Positions 1 through 8,845 of a DNA stretch of 64,000 nucleotides are shown piece after piece (the first letter of the stretch is position 1; each line of letters opens with the position of its first letter). Position numbers and translations under genes: made by a program. A model generated the notes under the pieces. The model ran no database searches and was not told where the DNA came from. It saw nothing but the letters and a program-made list of their open reading frames with translations. Source of the DNA: a virus (taxonomy: Duplodnaviria; Caudoviricetes); IMG/VR virus record IMGVR_UViG_3300046495_000014, positions 1 to 64,000 of that record; one strand, written 5' to 3'.

Positions 1-117
1 GCGGCCTTGGCTGGCTTCGCGGCCTTGGCTGGCTTCGCGGCCTTGGCTGGCTTCGCGGCCTTGGCTGGCTTCGCTGCCTTCGCAGGCTTGGCGGGTTTCG
101 CCGCCTTAGCTGGCTTC
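1..117 (-). repeat. 18-bp tandem repeat encoding (KPAKAA)n
   Basis: gcggccttggctggcttc exact x4 at 1-72, then degenerate copies to about 117. Confidence 0.95.
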
Positions 118-1286
118 ACTGCCGGTTCCGCCCGGGTTTCTTCCGCTGCCGCGCTACCGTCGCGCGTCCGAGTAATGACGAGCGCCAACCCGGTTTCCTG
201 TTTGATGATCCGGTATTCCGTCTTCACCCCGTTGACGTGGAGTTCCGAGCACGTCGGGTCGTGCGCTATCGTCGCCGCCTGTCGATCCGGGGCGTCCCGA
301 CGCATCAGTTGGATCGTCTGCTTTCCGAGATACAGCCCGACCGTGATTTGCCGTACCGCCTTTTGCGATTCCCTACCCTTGTCGGCGTCGCCCGCGAATC
401 CCTTTCCGCCGCCCAACGCTGCCGCCGACGGCGCGCGGTTTCCGCCCCCGACTCGACGTCGTACTTCTTCCGCGACCTGCGACAACGGGGTGTTGTTCGC
501 GCGGATCTTCTCTAGTAGCGCGCTACGGTCCGCAGGGGGGAGCCGAGCGATCAACGTCAGTTTCGATACTCCGACGGTCGACACGTCGTCTTCGGTGAAG
601 TTCACGCCGACGTCCATCAGCTGATAGGCATGTGAAACCGACAGCCCTAGTTCCGCGACGACGAACTGGTTGAAGGCCGTGTACTTGGGCTTCCCGTCTT
701 CCGTCATGCGCTGGGTGTAAAGTCGACCTTCGAAGTTCTCGAAAATCGCGTGCCCCAACCGCCAGTACGACGTCACCGCGTCGCGCCGCAGCGACTGGAT
801 CAACTGGACGTTTCGATCTAGGTCCGCGACCGTGATCGACGTTACCTTCCCGCCCGCCACGACTAGTCCGGGCTTGGACGCCTTCACCAGCTTGGCGGGC
901 TTCGCTACGCTCGACACGATTTCGACGGGCGGATCTACGGGAACGATCTTCGCCGCGACAGGCGACGCGTCCGATCGCTTCTTCGACGACTTCGCCGGGG
1001 CAATAGTCGCCAGCGGATTCGACGCTACCGCGTCCGCCACTTGGGCTTCTTCGTCGCCCACGCCGCAGTAAACGCATACCGGTTCGCGTACGTCGCACGT
1101 CCCATGACAGTTGTCGCAGTCGCCTAGGTGCGTCTTACTGACCTTCGATTGCTGTTCCGTCAGTCGCACCACTCGCTCGGCTTCCGTCCCGTCGACGCGT
1201 AGCCCGTACTTCGAAAGATAGTGATCGACCACGTTTAGATCGACCTTATCCATAACCAACGTTTCTACTCTTTTTGCTGATGCCAT
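1..1286 (-). CDS. Partial (runs off window) DNA-binding protein: Zn-ribbon + helical/HTH domain + histone H1-like PAKAAK tail
   Basis: Not in ORF track because its stop lies beyond position 1. Hand translation from ATG 1286 (GAGGAA RBS): MASAKRVETLVMDKVDL...CDNCHGTCDVREPVCVYCG...YWRLGHAIFENF...FNQFVVAELGLSVSHAYQLM...KPAKAAKPAKAAK. Confidence 0.75.
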   Translation of the reverse strand, partial: MASAKRVETLVMDKVDLNVVDHYLSKYGLRVDGTEAERVVRLTEQQSKVSKTHLGDCDNCHGTCDVREPVCVYCGVGDEEAQVADAVASNPLATIAPAKSSKKRSDASPVAAKIVPVDPPVEIVSSVAKPAKLVKASKPGLVVAGGKVTSITVADLDRNVQLIQSLRRDAVTSYWRLGHAIFENFEGRLYTQRMTEDGKPKYTAFNQFVVAELGLSVSHAYQLMDVGVNFTEDDVSTVGVSKLTLIARLPPADRSALLEKIRANNTPLSQVAEEVRRRVGGGNRAPSAAALGGGKGFAGDADKGRESQKAVRQITVGLYLGKQTIQLMRRDAPDRQAATIAHDPTCSELHVNGVKTEYRIIKQETGLALVITRTRDGSAAAEETRAEPAVKPAKAAKPAKPAKAAKPAKAAKPAKAAKPAKAAKPAKA

Positions 1287-1301
1287 TCGTTCCTCGATTC
1301 G

Positions 1302-1928
1302 TTAGGAAATATCCGCAGCGATACGCAGTCCCGAGTCGATCGCCTGGTTCACTAAACGACGAGCGGCCTTCGGTGTCCAGATCTTTAGCGCCGACGCTAC
1401 TTCGGGATCCGCCCGCAGTAGCTCGGCCGCCGACGCCACGTCCCCCTCTACCGCCCAGGCTTCCAGGGCCAACCCCAGGACCGGATCCGCGATCGATACT
1501 ACGATCCGACTGAAAATTCGACGAGCGTCGATCCCCGCGTTACTCGGTGGAACCGAAACCGAATCGCACAACGACCAGTCGTCGCGCGCCCCGCGCAAGG
1601 AGGATTCCGATTTAGGAAACCGCCCCGGGCTTCGATCTGCCCGACGATGCGCGTTCCTCTGAACGTTCAGCCATCGCTTGGCCGCCGCGTTCGCGGACCA
1701 CGTTACGTACGTCGTGAGATCCGAACCGAACTTCGGATCCCAGTCGCTCGCCCGCTGCCAGGCGGAAAACATCATTTCCTGAACTAGGTCTTCCGGTTCT
1801 ACCCCGTCCGGGGCCGGGAATAGTCGGAATAGCTTGTGCGCCATCCGCTCCCATTCCGGGCGGGTCCGCTGCGCGAACGTATCGAAGTTGATCTTGCCGA
1901 CCCGTAACTCTTGAAGTTCTTTTTTCAT
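1302..1928 (-). CDS. Phage RNA polymerase sigma-70/ECF-like factor
   Basis: Region-2 signature EDLVQEMMFSAWQRASDWDPKFGSDLTTYVTWSANAAAKRWL; region 4 degenerate or absent. Confidence 0.75.
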   Translation of the reverse strand: MKKELQELRVGKINFDTFAQRTRPEWERMAHKLFRLFPAPDGVEPEDLVQEMMFSAWQRASDWDPKFGSDLTTYVTWSANAAAKRWLNVQRNAHRRADRSPGRFPKSESSLRGARDDWSLCDSVSVPPSNAGIDARRIFSRIVVSIADPVLGLALEAWAVEGDVASAAELLRADPEVASALKIWTPKAARRLVNQAIDSGLRIAADIS

Positions 1929-1939
1929 ACCTGCCCCTA

Positions 1940-1961
1940 GACGCCGGATCGATCCGGCGTC
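1940..1961. repeat. 22-bp palindrome, exact copy (upstream of sigma gene)
   Basis: GACGCCGGATCGATCCGGCGTC. Confidence 0.97.
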
Positions 1962-2018
1962 GTTCTGTCGTCGACGTATTCGCCCCCGCCGGTTCCTCTC
2001 GGCAGGGGCGATCCCTAA

Positions 2019-3539
2019 TTAGAGCGCGAACGGTACCGCTTCGAACTGAAACGGCTTCCGCGACTGCAGCATGCGACCGGCCGCCGACTGAATGTCGTCT
2101 TCGATCCAGACGTCCGACTGCGCTGCCGTTTCGTGCGCGTACCGCGTCCAGGCGTTGATGACGTCGCTTCGAACTAGCGTTGGAGTCTTTACCGGTTCGA
2201 CGTCGTACGCCTGCAAGACAGCCCGTAGAACGTCCGGCTTGCGTCCGCGGACCGGTACCAAGTCGCGTTTCATTTGCGACCAGACGATCCCCGCCAGTAC
2301 TTCGCGAGCCGTCATCCCTTCCAGGAGTTCGCCCGACGCCCGCGCGGTCGATTCGACGATCGCGTCGGCCCGCGCGTATCCCCAAGACTCGCGGAACGCC
2401 GCTAGCTTACCTAACGCCGTCGCGAACGCGGCTTCGAATTTAGCCGGTAGGTCAGCCCCGACGTGCCGGATCCCCGCGATCTGTTGCTCCGCGGTGTCGA
2501 GGATGATGAGGTTCAAGCAGAGGTTCCGTTCGACCATGGCCGAAACCCGAATCGATCCGTCCCCGACGTCGTTCGTTCGAACGATTACGCCAGCGCGGAA
2601 GATCTCGCCGCACCCGTAGTCTCCGGCGGCTACGTCGGAGTGGAACAGAACTTCGAACCGCGCTTGCTGCCCGTCGTAAACGATCGAACCGCGCGCGTCG
2701 AACGGCGCGGTTTGCGCTATCGCCCGCGCGATGACGTCGCAGTCCATCGCCCGGTACTGCTCGGAAACTACCGCGAAGATCGACCGGGGCCCCGCTTCGG
2801 TATTCCGACAGCGTAGAACGACCTTCGACGGTTCAGGCTCCGCGCCCTTCTGTCCCGATTCCACCCAGGCGTTCAACTTCGCGACTTCCCGACGATCGAT
2901 CCGATCCGTCCAGGCGTTTACATTTATCGCCCGCAGTTCCGGCCAACAGGACTTTAGGTAGCCAGCGCCGCCGATCCCGGTTCGAGATACCAGCGAATCG
3001 AACGCGGATTCGTCGATCGCGATCGCTACGGCCGGACAGCCCTGCGCGATAGTCAGTCGCCCGTCGTTACTCATTCCGACGTCCCCGACGCGAACGGTCG
3101 AATCCTTCCGGCGTTCCGACGCGATCTTCTCAGCGAACGCGAACGCGGCTTCGGTCACTCGCGGCTTCGCTTCGTACTCGAGACGGGCGGCCCGCGCGTT
3201 CTCGACGCCCGTTTCGTTTACCTTCCTACCTAGCGCGTACAGCGGATCGCGTAGCGTAAACCCTGCGGCCTGCGCCTTCGACGCGTCGTCGTCCAACCGA
3301 GCGGTTCGGATCGCTCGGCTGTAAACGGTATCGGTCGGATCGTCCTTCGGCGCCGCGTCGATCGACTTCGGTTCGGGCTTCGTCGTTATGACCGACACGT
3401 CCAGGGACTTATCGTAGCCGCCGGCTTCGCGGACCAGCCAATCTAGAGCTGCGTCGTGCTGGTCGCCGTTGAACTGGACTTCGATCCCTCGCAGTTTAGC
3501 GACGTGGGTTGGCGTTCCGAAATTAGGATGTGGCTGCAT
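2019..3539 (-). CDS. DUF932/DUF945-like phage protein
   Basis: GVIVRTNDVGDGSIRVSAMVERNLCLN motif; GGAAGGAA RBS. Confidence 0.65.
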   Translation of the reverse strand: MQPHPNFGTPTHVAKLRGIEVQFNGDQHDAALDWLVREAGGYDKSLDVSVITTKPEPKSIDAAPKDDPTDTVYSRAIRTARLDDDASKAQAAGFTLRDPLYALGRKVNETGVENARAARLEYEAKPRVTEAAFAFAEKIASERRKDSTVRVGDVGMSNDGRLTIAQGCPAVAIAIDESAFDSLVSRTGIGGAGYLKSCWPELRAINVNAWTDRIDRREVAKLNAWVESGQKGAEPEPSKVVLRCRNTEAGPRSIFAVVSEQYRAMDCDVIARAIAQTAPFDARGSIVYDGQQARFEVLFHSDVAAGDYGCGEIFRAGVIVRTNDVGDGSIRVSAMVERNLCLNLIILDTAEQQIAGIRHVGADLPAKFEAAFATALGKLAAFRESWGYARADAIVESTARASGELLEGMTAREVLAGIVWSQMKRDLVPVRGRKPDVLRAVLQAYDVEPVKTPTLVRSDVINAWTRYAHETAAQSDVWIEDDIQSAAGRMLQSRKPFQFEAVPFAL

Positions 3540-3587
3540 GTTGATTCCTTCCCGTTAGGGGTGATCCCGTCTGACCAACCCAAGGTA

Positions 3588-3604
3588 CGGCGCACCATGC
3601 TCCA
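3588..3604 (-). promoter_or_regulatory. 17-bp operator-like palindrome filling a TGGACG-17-TACCTT promoter spacer
   Basis: Minus strand TGGACG TGGAGCATGGTGCGCCG TACCTT; related copies at 12460, 55866, 59041. Confidence 0.7.
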
Positions 3605-3627
3605 CGTCCACATAAATCGCCCGCCCG

Positions 3628-3957
3628 CTACTTTTGTCCCTTCGGCACCTTCGCTTTCGCGATCGGCCGGGTACCCCGTCCCGCCTTAGCTAGTCGGCGT
3701 TCTTCCGCCCGTTCCAGCGCCGCGCCGACTTCCAGAGTCTTCGCCGGTCCCTTCTTCGTTAGTTCCACGCGGGGATCGGTTAGTCCCGCGGCCACTAATC
3801 GAGCGATCCAGCGCTGGATCGTATGCCGATCGACGTTCTGGTCTTTCGCTACCGCGTCGAGCGTCTTTAGTTTCGCGAATAGCTTTCGCAGTTCCGCGCT
3901 AGCCGCGGGAGGGTTCGAAAATATCAGGATGCCCAACGCTGTCGGATTGTACGCCAT
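3628..3957 (-). CDS. Small HTH DNA-binding protein with basic tail
   Basis: LDAVAKDQNVDRHTIQRWIARL helix-turn-helix pattern; CATAGT-N6-ATG start. Confidence 0.6.
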   Translation of the reverse strand: MAYNPTALGILIFSNPPAASAELRKLFAKLKTLDAVAKDQNVDRHTIQRWIARLVAAGLTDPRVELTKKGPAKTLEVGAALERAEERRLAKAGRGTRPIAKAKVPKGQK

Positions 3958-3970
3958 GCCCTCACTATGG

Positions 3971-3992
3971 CGCGCCGGATCGATCCGGCGTC
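3971..3992. repeat. 22-bp palindrome, variant copy (20/22)
   Basis: CGCGCCGGATCGATCCGGCGTC, fused to the CATAGT box of the HTH gene. Confidence 0.9.
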
Positions 3993-3994
3993 GA

Positions 3995-4207
3995 CTAATC
4001 GTTCCCCGACTGTTCCAACGTCGCTTCGTCGTCGGGCACGACGTCGGTCAGACCGGTCGCCGACTGTCCGATCGCTTCGAGGAACGACGCCAGCGTATCG
4101 ACGTCCGGGATCGACGCCGCGTACTGCGACGCCGCGATCTGCCCCGCGATCTCTTCAGCCGTCAGTCCCGCGCACGCCGACTGGATTTGCTGCAATAGTT
4201 CGTCCAT
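3995..4207 (-). CDS. Small acidic hypothetical protein
   Basis: MDELLQQIQSACAG...; start reassigned to ATG 4207, 7 nt after GTGATACCGT. Confidence 0.55.
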   Translation of the reverse strand: MDELLQQIQSACAGLTAEEIAGQIAASQYAASIPDVDTLASFLEAIGQSATGLTDVVPDDEATLEQSGND

Positions 4208-4220
4208 GGCCCCGACGGTA

Positions 4221-5144
4221 TCACAGCCAGTCCGCCAGCGCCGCCCGCAGGGTTTCGTCGGATACCCCTCCCGGATCTTCGCCGTCCGCCAGTCGTACCC
4301 GCGTGACATTCGTCCAACGACCCAAGCCGCGTAGGTCGTCGCACACTTTATCGCCGGCCGCGTCGGCGTCGGATAGCACGACAACGTTGGGGAACGTCGT
4401 CATCGCCGCCGACTGTTGGCCGCTCGGATTCGATCCGATCATGGCTCCCGCCGGTAGTCGCGTAGCGCGATCCACGGCCAGTAGATCGAACGGTCCTTCC
4501 ACCACGACCAGCACCCGACGATCCTCGAGATCGGGCCAGTGCTCCGCCCCGTAAAGTATCGGCGTCCGAACGTGGCTCGGGGTCGTGTACCGTAGATCGT
4601 CGTCGACGTACGTTCGCGCCTGCCAGGTTACCAGCCGTCGATCGCCGTCCCGCATCGGCAGCCAGATCCGATTGACGAGCGACCGATCGCCCTTCGCGAT
4701 GAACCCCAGTCCCCAGCGCCGCACCATCGCCCAGTCGATTCGGCGGGCCGTCAGATACTCCACCGCCAGCGACGGCCAGTCGTCTAACGAATCCCCGAAC
4801 CGCACCCAGTCAGGCGCCGCCATCGCCGCGGCCGCCGTCGCTTCCCGGATCTCGATGTGGACGTTGAGCGGCGTGTGCGAGATCGAACCGTCCGCCAACC
4901 AGTTGCGAGCGTCGTCCCAATCGCCCCCGCGTAACTCGCGAATCAGTCCGACGGGCCCCCCTCGGAATCCGCAGCCGTAGCAGCGGTGCTTGCCGTTCCG
5001 CAGTCCGTCCGGGTCGTTCCAGATGTACCAGCTAGGGTCCTTGTCGTCGTGTTCAGGCGACGGGCACTTCGCCCATAGCCGCTTACCCGCCCGCTTCTCC
5101 ACGCGGATGTCGAGCGCGGCCAGTAACGCTGGAACGTCAATCAT
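4221..5144 (-). CDS. dnaG: DNA primase (CHC2 Zn finger + TOPRIM)
   Basis: CPSPEHDDKDPS...CYGCG zinc finger; VVVEGPFDLL and LSDADAAG TOPRIM motifs. Confidence 0.9.
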   Translation of the reverse strand: MIDVPALLAALDIRVEKRAGKRLWAKCPSPEHDDKDPSWYIWNDPDGLRNGKHRCYGCGFRGGPVGLIRELRGGDWDDARNWLADGSISHTPLNVHIEIREATAAAAMAAPDWVRFGDSLDDWPSLAVEYLTARRIDWAMVRRWGLGFIAKGDRSLVNRIWLPMRDGDRRLVTWQARTYVDDDLRYTTPSHVRTPILYGAEHWPDLEDRRVLVVVEGPFDLLAVDRATRLPAGAMIGSNPSGQQSAAMTTFPNVVVLSDADAAGDKVCDDLRGLGRWTNVTRVRLADGEDPGGVSDETLRAALADWL

Positions 5145-5331
5145 CGTCGCCGCGCCTGCGCGAAGTAGGATCCCGGAAGTACGCGTTGACGGCGCGCAGT
5201 ACTGCCTGTTGTTGCGGTTCCGGCAACGGCGCCAGCGCTGTGACGATCTGCGCCAGCGCCTGCATCTCGACCGTAGTCTTGGCTAGTATCTGGTCTTCCG
5301 CCGTAACCGTCGGTTCCTTCTTCGGTCTCAT
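5137..5331 (-). CDS. Hypothetical protein (64 aa)
   Basis: CATAGT-N6-ATG start; overlaps primase start. Confidence 0.6.
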   Translation of the reverse strand: MRPKKEPTVTAEDQILAKTTVEMQALAQIVTALAPLPEPQQQAVLRAVNAYFRDPTSRRRGDDD

Positions 5332-5338
5332 GACTACA

Positions 5339-6874
5339 CTATGGCGCGCCGGATCGACTCCGGCGCCGCGGAGGCATCGATCCGCGAACGAACGAATTTC
5401 CCCCGAGCGTGATGTCCAGTTCGTTCGCTTCCGACCCGGGGCGGTCGTACGCCAGCGTGCGCCCGCGATCTAACGAACCGAACGCAGGATCCCAGTCGAA
5501 TTCAATCGCTAGCGGCCACTGCCCGTACCGCTGCTTGAGGATAATCGCTTGGATCGTATCGTCAGGCACGTTCCGGTGCAGAGCCGGGCGGTACCAGCCG
5601 ATGATCGTATCCGCAACATCGATCCAGGCCGACGTCCCCTTGATCGATTCCCGCGTCGGCCGTTGGTCGTCGCGCGCTTCGACGTCCTTCAGTCGCAGTT
5701 GCTGCACGAGGATCCCGTGCGCCTGCGTTTCCTGCATCATCGCCTGCATCCGATACAGCGCTTGTTCTTCGTCGTCCGGATCGGTTTCCGCGAGTACCCG
5801 TCGGAATAGGTCGCCGATGAACACGTCCGGGGCCGCGTCCGCGATGTACTGGTGCAGCAAATCGAGGTTCGCAGCGTTCGACCGCCGTTCCCCCGACGCC
5901 CGACCGTACGGTAGATCCAGGAATCGGATCCACTGCGATAGCCGCTCCATCTCAGCCAATAGTTCCTCTTGGTCGGCTTCGCTGAACCGCCCTACCATCA
6001 GATCGGTACGCGACCAGCCGAGCGATATGGCAGCCACGATCTCGAGAGTCATCGCCGACTTCTGTTCCCACGCCCCGTACAGCACCTTGCGTCCCTGCCT
6101 AGCCTGTTCCAGCGCCATCCGGGCGGTCGTCGTGGATTTCGCTGAACCGGATATCCCGACGATGACCGTAAGCTTCCCCGGGGCCGCGCCGGGAATCAGT
6201 CGGGCCGCCCCTGGTTCGTCGTCGTCTTCGCCGTAGTAGTCCATCCCGTCGATCCCGTAGGGGAACACGGCTCGCCCCATCCGGCGGTCTTCCAGTTCCT
6301 TCTTATGCTCCCGCAGTAGTCCCGCCGGATCGCGTAAGTACTTCCGATCCCCCATGCCGTCGAACGACGTTCCGATCGATCGCGCCAGCGCGCGGACCTT
6401 CGACGGATCCGACAACGGATCTCGAATCGCTTCCAAGAATTCCGTTACGGGCCCGCGTACCGCTTCGATGCGCGCCCGGTCCCAAGCTAGGCATTCAGCG
6501 TGGTGGCGTAGGTTCGGGGGAGCCGCCGGTCGATCGGCGCAGTACGCGTCCAGCATCGCAGTGTCGACGGCGCCACCGGTCATCTGTTGGACCGTCGCCG
6601 GGTCGTACGTCAGCCCCTGCGCCCGTAGTCGTTGCAGTACCGCCCAGGCCTGCGCGTGCCCCTGCCCGTAGAAGCTATCGGCTGAAATGGTCGGTAAGTA
6701 ATGCGCTGCCGCTTCCGCATCGACGATTACCGCGGCCAGCATAACGATTTCGTTCACTACGTCGTGCGGGACCTTCACCGATTCGTTCTTCGGTTTCGCG
6801 TCGGGCGTTTCCCTGCGCGGCTTCCCCTGGCGACGCAACGACCCGTCGTCGACCTGACTTCGTTTTTTCCGCAT
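5339..6874 (-). CDS. dnaB: DnaB-like SF4 replicative helicase
   Basis: LTVIVGISGSAKST Walker A, FIGDL Walker B, LVQQL, RPTRESIKGTSAWIDVADTIIGWYR, IILKQRYG. Confidence 0.9.
   Translation of the reverse strand: MRKKRSQVDDGSLRRQGKPRRETPDAKPKNESVKVPHDVVNEIVMLAAVIVDAEAAAHYLPTISADSFYGQGHAQAWAVLQRLRAQGLTYDPATVQQMTGGAVDTAMLDAYCADRPAAPPNLRHHAECLAWDRARIEAVRGPVTEFLEAIRDPLSDPSKVRALARSIGTSFDGMGDRKYLRDPAGLLREHKKELEDRRMGRAVFPYGIDGMDYYGEDDDEPGAARLIPGAAPGKLTVIVGISGSAKSTTTARMALEQARQGRKVLYGAWEQKSAMTLEIVAAISLGWSRTDLMVGRFSEADQEELLAEMERLSQWIRFLDLPYGRASGERRSNAANLDLLHQYIADAAPDVFIGDLFRRVLAETDPDDEEQALYRMQAMMQETQAHGILVQQLRLKDVEARDDQRPTRESIKGTSAWIDVADTIIGWYRPALHRNVPDDTIQAIILKQRYGQWPLAIEFDWDPAFGSLDRGRTLAYDRPGSEANELDITLGGNSFVRGSMPPRRRSRSGAP
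5346..5366. repeat. Variant of 22-bp palindrome
   Basis: GCGCCGGA-TCGAC-TCCGGCGC adjacent to CATAGT box, inside 3' end of dnaB. Confidence 0.75.
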
Positions 6875-6895
6875 GCGAACCCCTACTATGCGACT

Positions 6896-7393
6896 TTAGA
6901 GCGCCGACGTCTTCGACATCGCGATCCGGTAATCCGTTACGCCCGACCGCCCAGCGAACTGCCAGCGCCAGCCGATCCGCCAGTCCGATTTGCGCGTGGG
7001 GAATTGCTTCGCCTCCTTCCGCCATGTCCAGCGTACGAAGTCCAACGCCCAGTCGATCCGACCTGAGAATTCGACGGTCACAAGTCGCTTCGCGGCCGAC
7101 GTCGCACCGTCCATTTCCCTCCCGTCTAGTAGTTCCGCCGGTTCGACGCCGTACACCCGAGTGTGGAGCACGATAAACAGACCGACCACTGCGCGAGGGG
7201 TCAACGAACTAAAGTCGAGCGTCCCGTCAGTTACCGAGTCGATCGCGATTTGCGCTTCCCGAACGGCCGTCGCGTATCGGGCCGCAGCCGATCGCCGCGA
7301 CGGCTTCTTCTGCGGAGTAGGCTTCGCCCCCTCCAAGAATTCGGAATTTAGGTGATCCGTCGGTACGAGTAAGGGAATGTGTCGAACGCGCAT
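6896..7393 (-). CDS. Hypothetical replication-associated protein
   Basis: Helical 165-aa ORF directly upstream of dnaB; GCGCCATAGT box 8 nt before ATG. Confidence 0.6.
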   Translation of the reverse strand: MRVRHIPLLVPTDHLNSEFLEGAKPTPQKKPSRRSAAARYATAVREAQIAIDSVTDGTLDFSSLTPRAVVGLFIVLHTRVYGVEPAELLDGREMDGATSAAKRLVTVEFSGRIDWALDFVRWTWRKEAKQFPTRKSDWRIGWRWQFAGRSGVTDYRIAMSKTSAL

Positions 7394-7423
7394 CGACTAG
7401 GACTATGGCGCGCGGCCTCGATC

Positions 7424-8824
7424 TCAGTAGAACAATTCGATCTTTAGCGCGCGGATCGCCGGGGCGGTAACGCCCGCTATACCCGATTCCCAAGCCCCGA
7501 TCTCCACGATCGCGTTGTTCGGCGACATTCGCGCCAGTTCCGACGACAACGCGGTGGACCACCCGTTGTACGTCAACGCGTACCCGGTACAGCACCCGAT
7601 CGGAACCAGCGTCGTCGTGTCCCATCCCGAATTCGCGGTCGACCCTTCGATCAATGCGTTACCCAACGCAATACCGTCCGGCAATGTGATCCGGAACTGA
7701 TTCAAAGCCAGCATTTCCGCGGTAGCCGTAGCCCCAAGAATCAAGCCCTGAACACTATTCGCCCGCGCGTACAACTGAACGTCGTACGCGACCGACGGAT
7801 CGAGGGTGTACCGACGGGCCACGCCGATTATCGATCGGGTATACTGCGACCCGCTGCCGGCCACGACGTTCGCCACGCCGACACTCAAAAAATGCCCCGA
7901 CTTATTCGACGACGTACCGGAAACAGCCGTGACCATCGATACGCGGATCGGCGTTAGTAGATCGAAACTGGAATACAACGCCTTCAAATTCGCGACTAAC
8001 GTCGGTCGGTTCCACGAATCGTTATCGGGCGAATTCGCGGACGTCGGGTTGAACATCAGCCCTAGTCCATTGATAACGCCACCCGCAGTAACCGCGTTTT
8101 GGTAGAACGACCCCATCTTCGTGAACACTACGCCACCAATCGTAACGGCACCGTCCGACGGGATCGCTAGATTCGTCGCCGTCACGAAGTTCAGGTCGAC
8201 CACAGTATGCCAGGACTTCGCCGTCACCGGCGGGTTCGCCCACTGCGCGGACGTCGAATTGACGGCGGTCAGTAACTGGCCGGGCGTCGGCGCCGTCGCC
8301 GCTGAAACGTTTACAGTAGTCGTCGCCGACTTCAGTCCGTTCGCCACGCCAGATATTACCTGCCCCGCTAGCCAGTTGATCGCCGCGAACCACCGGCGCA
8401 TCTCCCGCGACCAGCCTTTGCGATTGCCCGCCGAATCGATCGCGTCCGGAGCGTTGTGCCCTAGGACTTCCCTGAACGCCGGGATCCGTCGGGGGAAGTA
8501 ACCGCCCGAACCCATATTCCCCAGCGCCGCGCCCGCGTAGAACGACCAGTCCACAGTGTCGATATCGTCCGTGACCGTCCCGCTATAGGTCCCGTCGTAA
8601 TCGGGGGTGATCATGATCGTCGTTCCCGCGGAGTCGGACAGCACCGCCGCGGACGCCGACTGGACGTTGGCCGACGTCGGAGCGTCCACCAGCGTCCAGC
8701 GATAGGTACCGCTTCCCCCTGCTACGAACAACGACACGGGGACGTGCAGCGCTAGATCCTCTCGAGCCCTACCCGGTACGCCCGACGCCGCACCCGACTG
8801 ATTCACGGTTACTTGGATGGTCAC
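7424..8824 (-). CDS. Virion fibre/decoration-like protein
   Basis: PKD-like YRWTLVDAP...TPDYDGTY, fibre-type GQLLTAVNSTSAQW repeat, beta-rich C-terminus; GTGGTACCGT-N6-GTG start. Confidence 0.55.
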   Translation of the reverse strand: MTIQVTVNQSGAASGVPGRAREDLALHVPVSLFVAGGSGTYRWTLVDAPTSANVQSASAAVLSDSAGTTIMITPDYDGTYSGTVTDDIDTVDWSFYAGAALGNMGSGGYFPRRIPAFREVLGHNAPDAIDSAGNRKGWSREMRRWFAAINWLAGQVISGVANGLKSATTTVNVSAATAPTPGQLLTAVNSTSAQWANPPVTAKSWHTVVDLNFVTATNLAIPSDGAVTIGGVVFTKMGSFYQNAVTAGGVINGLGLMFNPTSANSPDNDSWNRPTLVANLKALYSSFDLLTPIRVSMVTAVSGTSSNKSGHFLSVGVANVVAGSGSQYTRSIIGVARRYTLDPSVAYDVQLYARANSVQGLILGATATAEMLALNQFRITLPDGIALGNALIEGSTANSGWDTTTLVPIGCCTGYALTYNGWSTALSSELARMSPNNAIVEIGAWESGIAGVTAPAIRALKIELFY

Positions 8825-8830
8825 CCGGGT

Positions 8831-8840
8831 ACGGTACCAC
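8831..8840 (-). promoter_or_regulatory. Class II extended -10 promoter (GTGGTACCGT), leaderless spacing
   Basis: 6 nt before GTG 8824; representative of at least 15 GTGNTANNNT sites. Confidence 0.7.
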
Positions 8841-8845
8841 GTCGA

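Noticed and set aside
7-624. Long plus-strand ORFs (also 5409..6236, 26970..27950, 35450..36382, 9045..9761)
   Set aside because: Antisense shadows of well-supported minus-strand genes in high-GC DNA; no motifs, RBS or promoter boxes.
1981-2010. GC hairpin after DUF932 gene as intrinsic terminator
   Set aside because: Imperfect stem and no U-tract; cannot be supported without 3'-end data.
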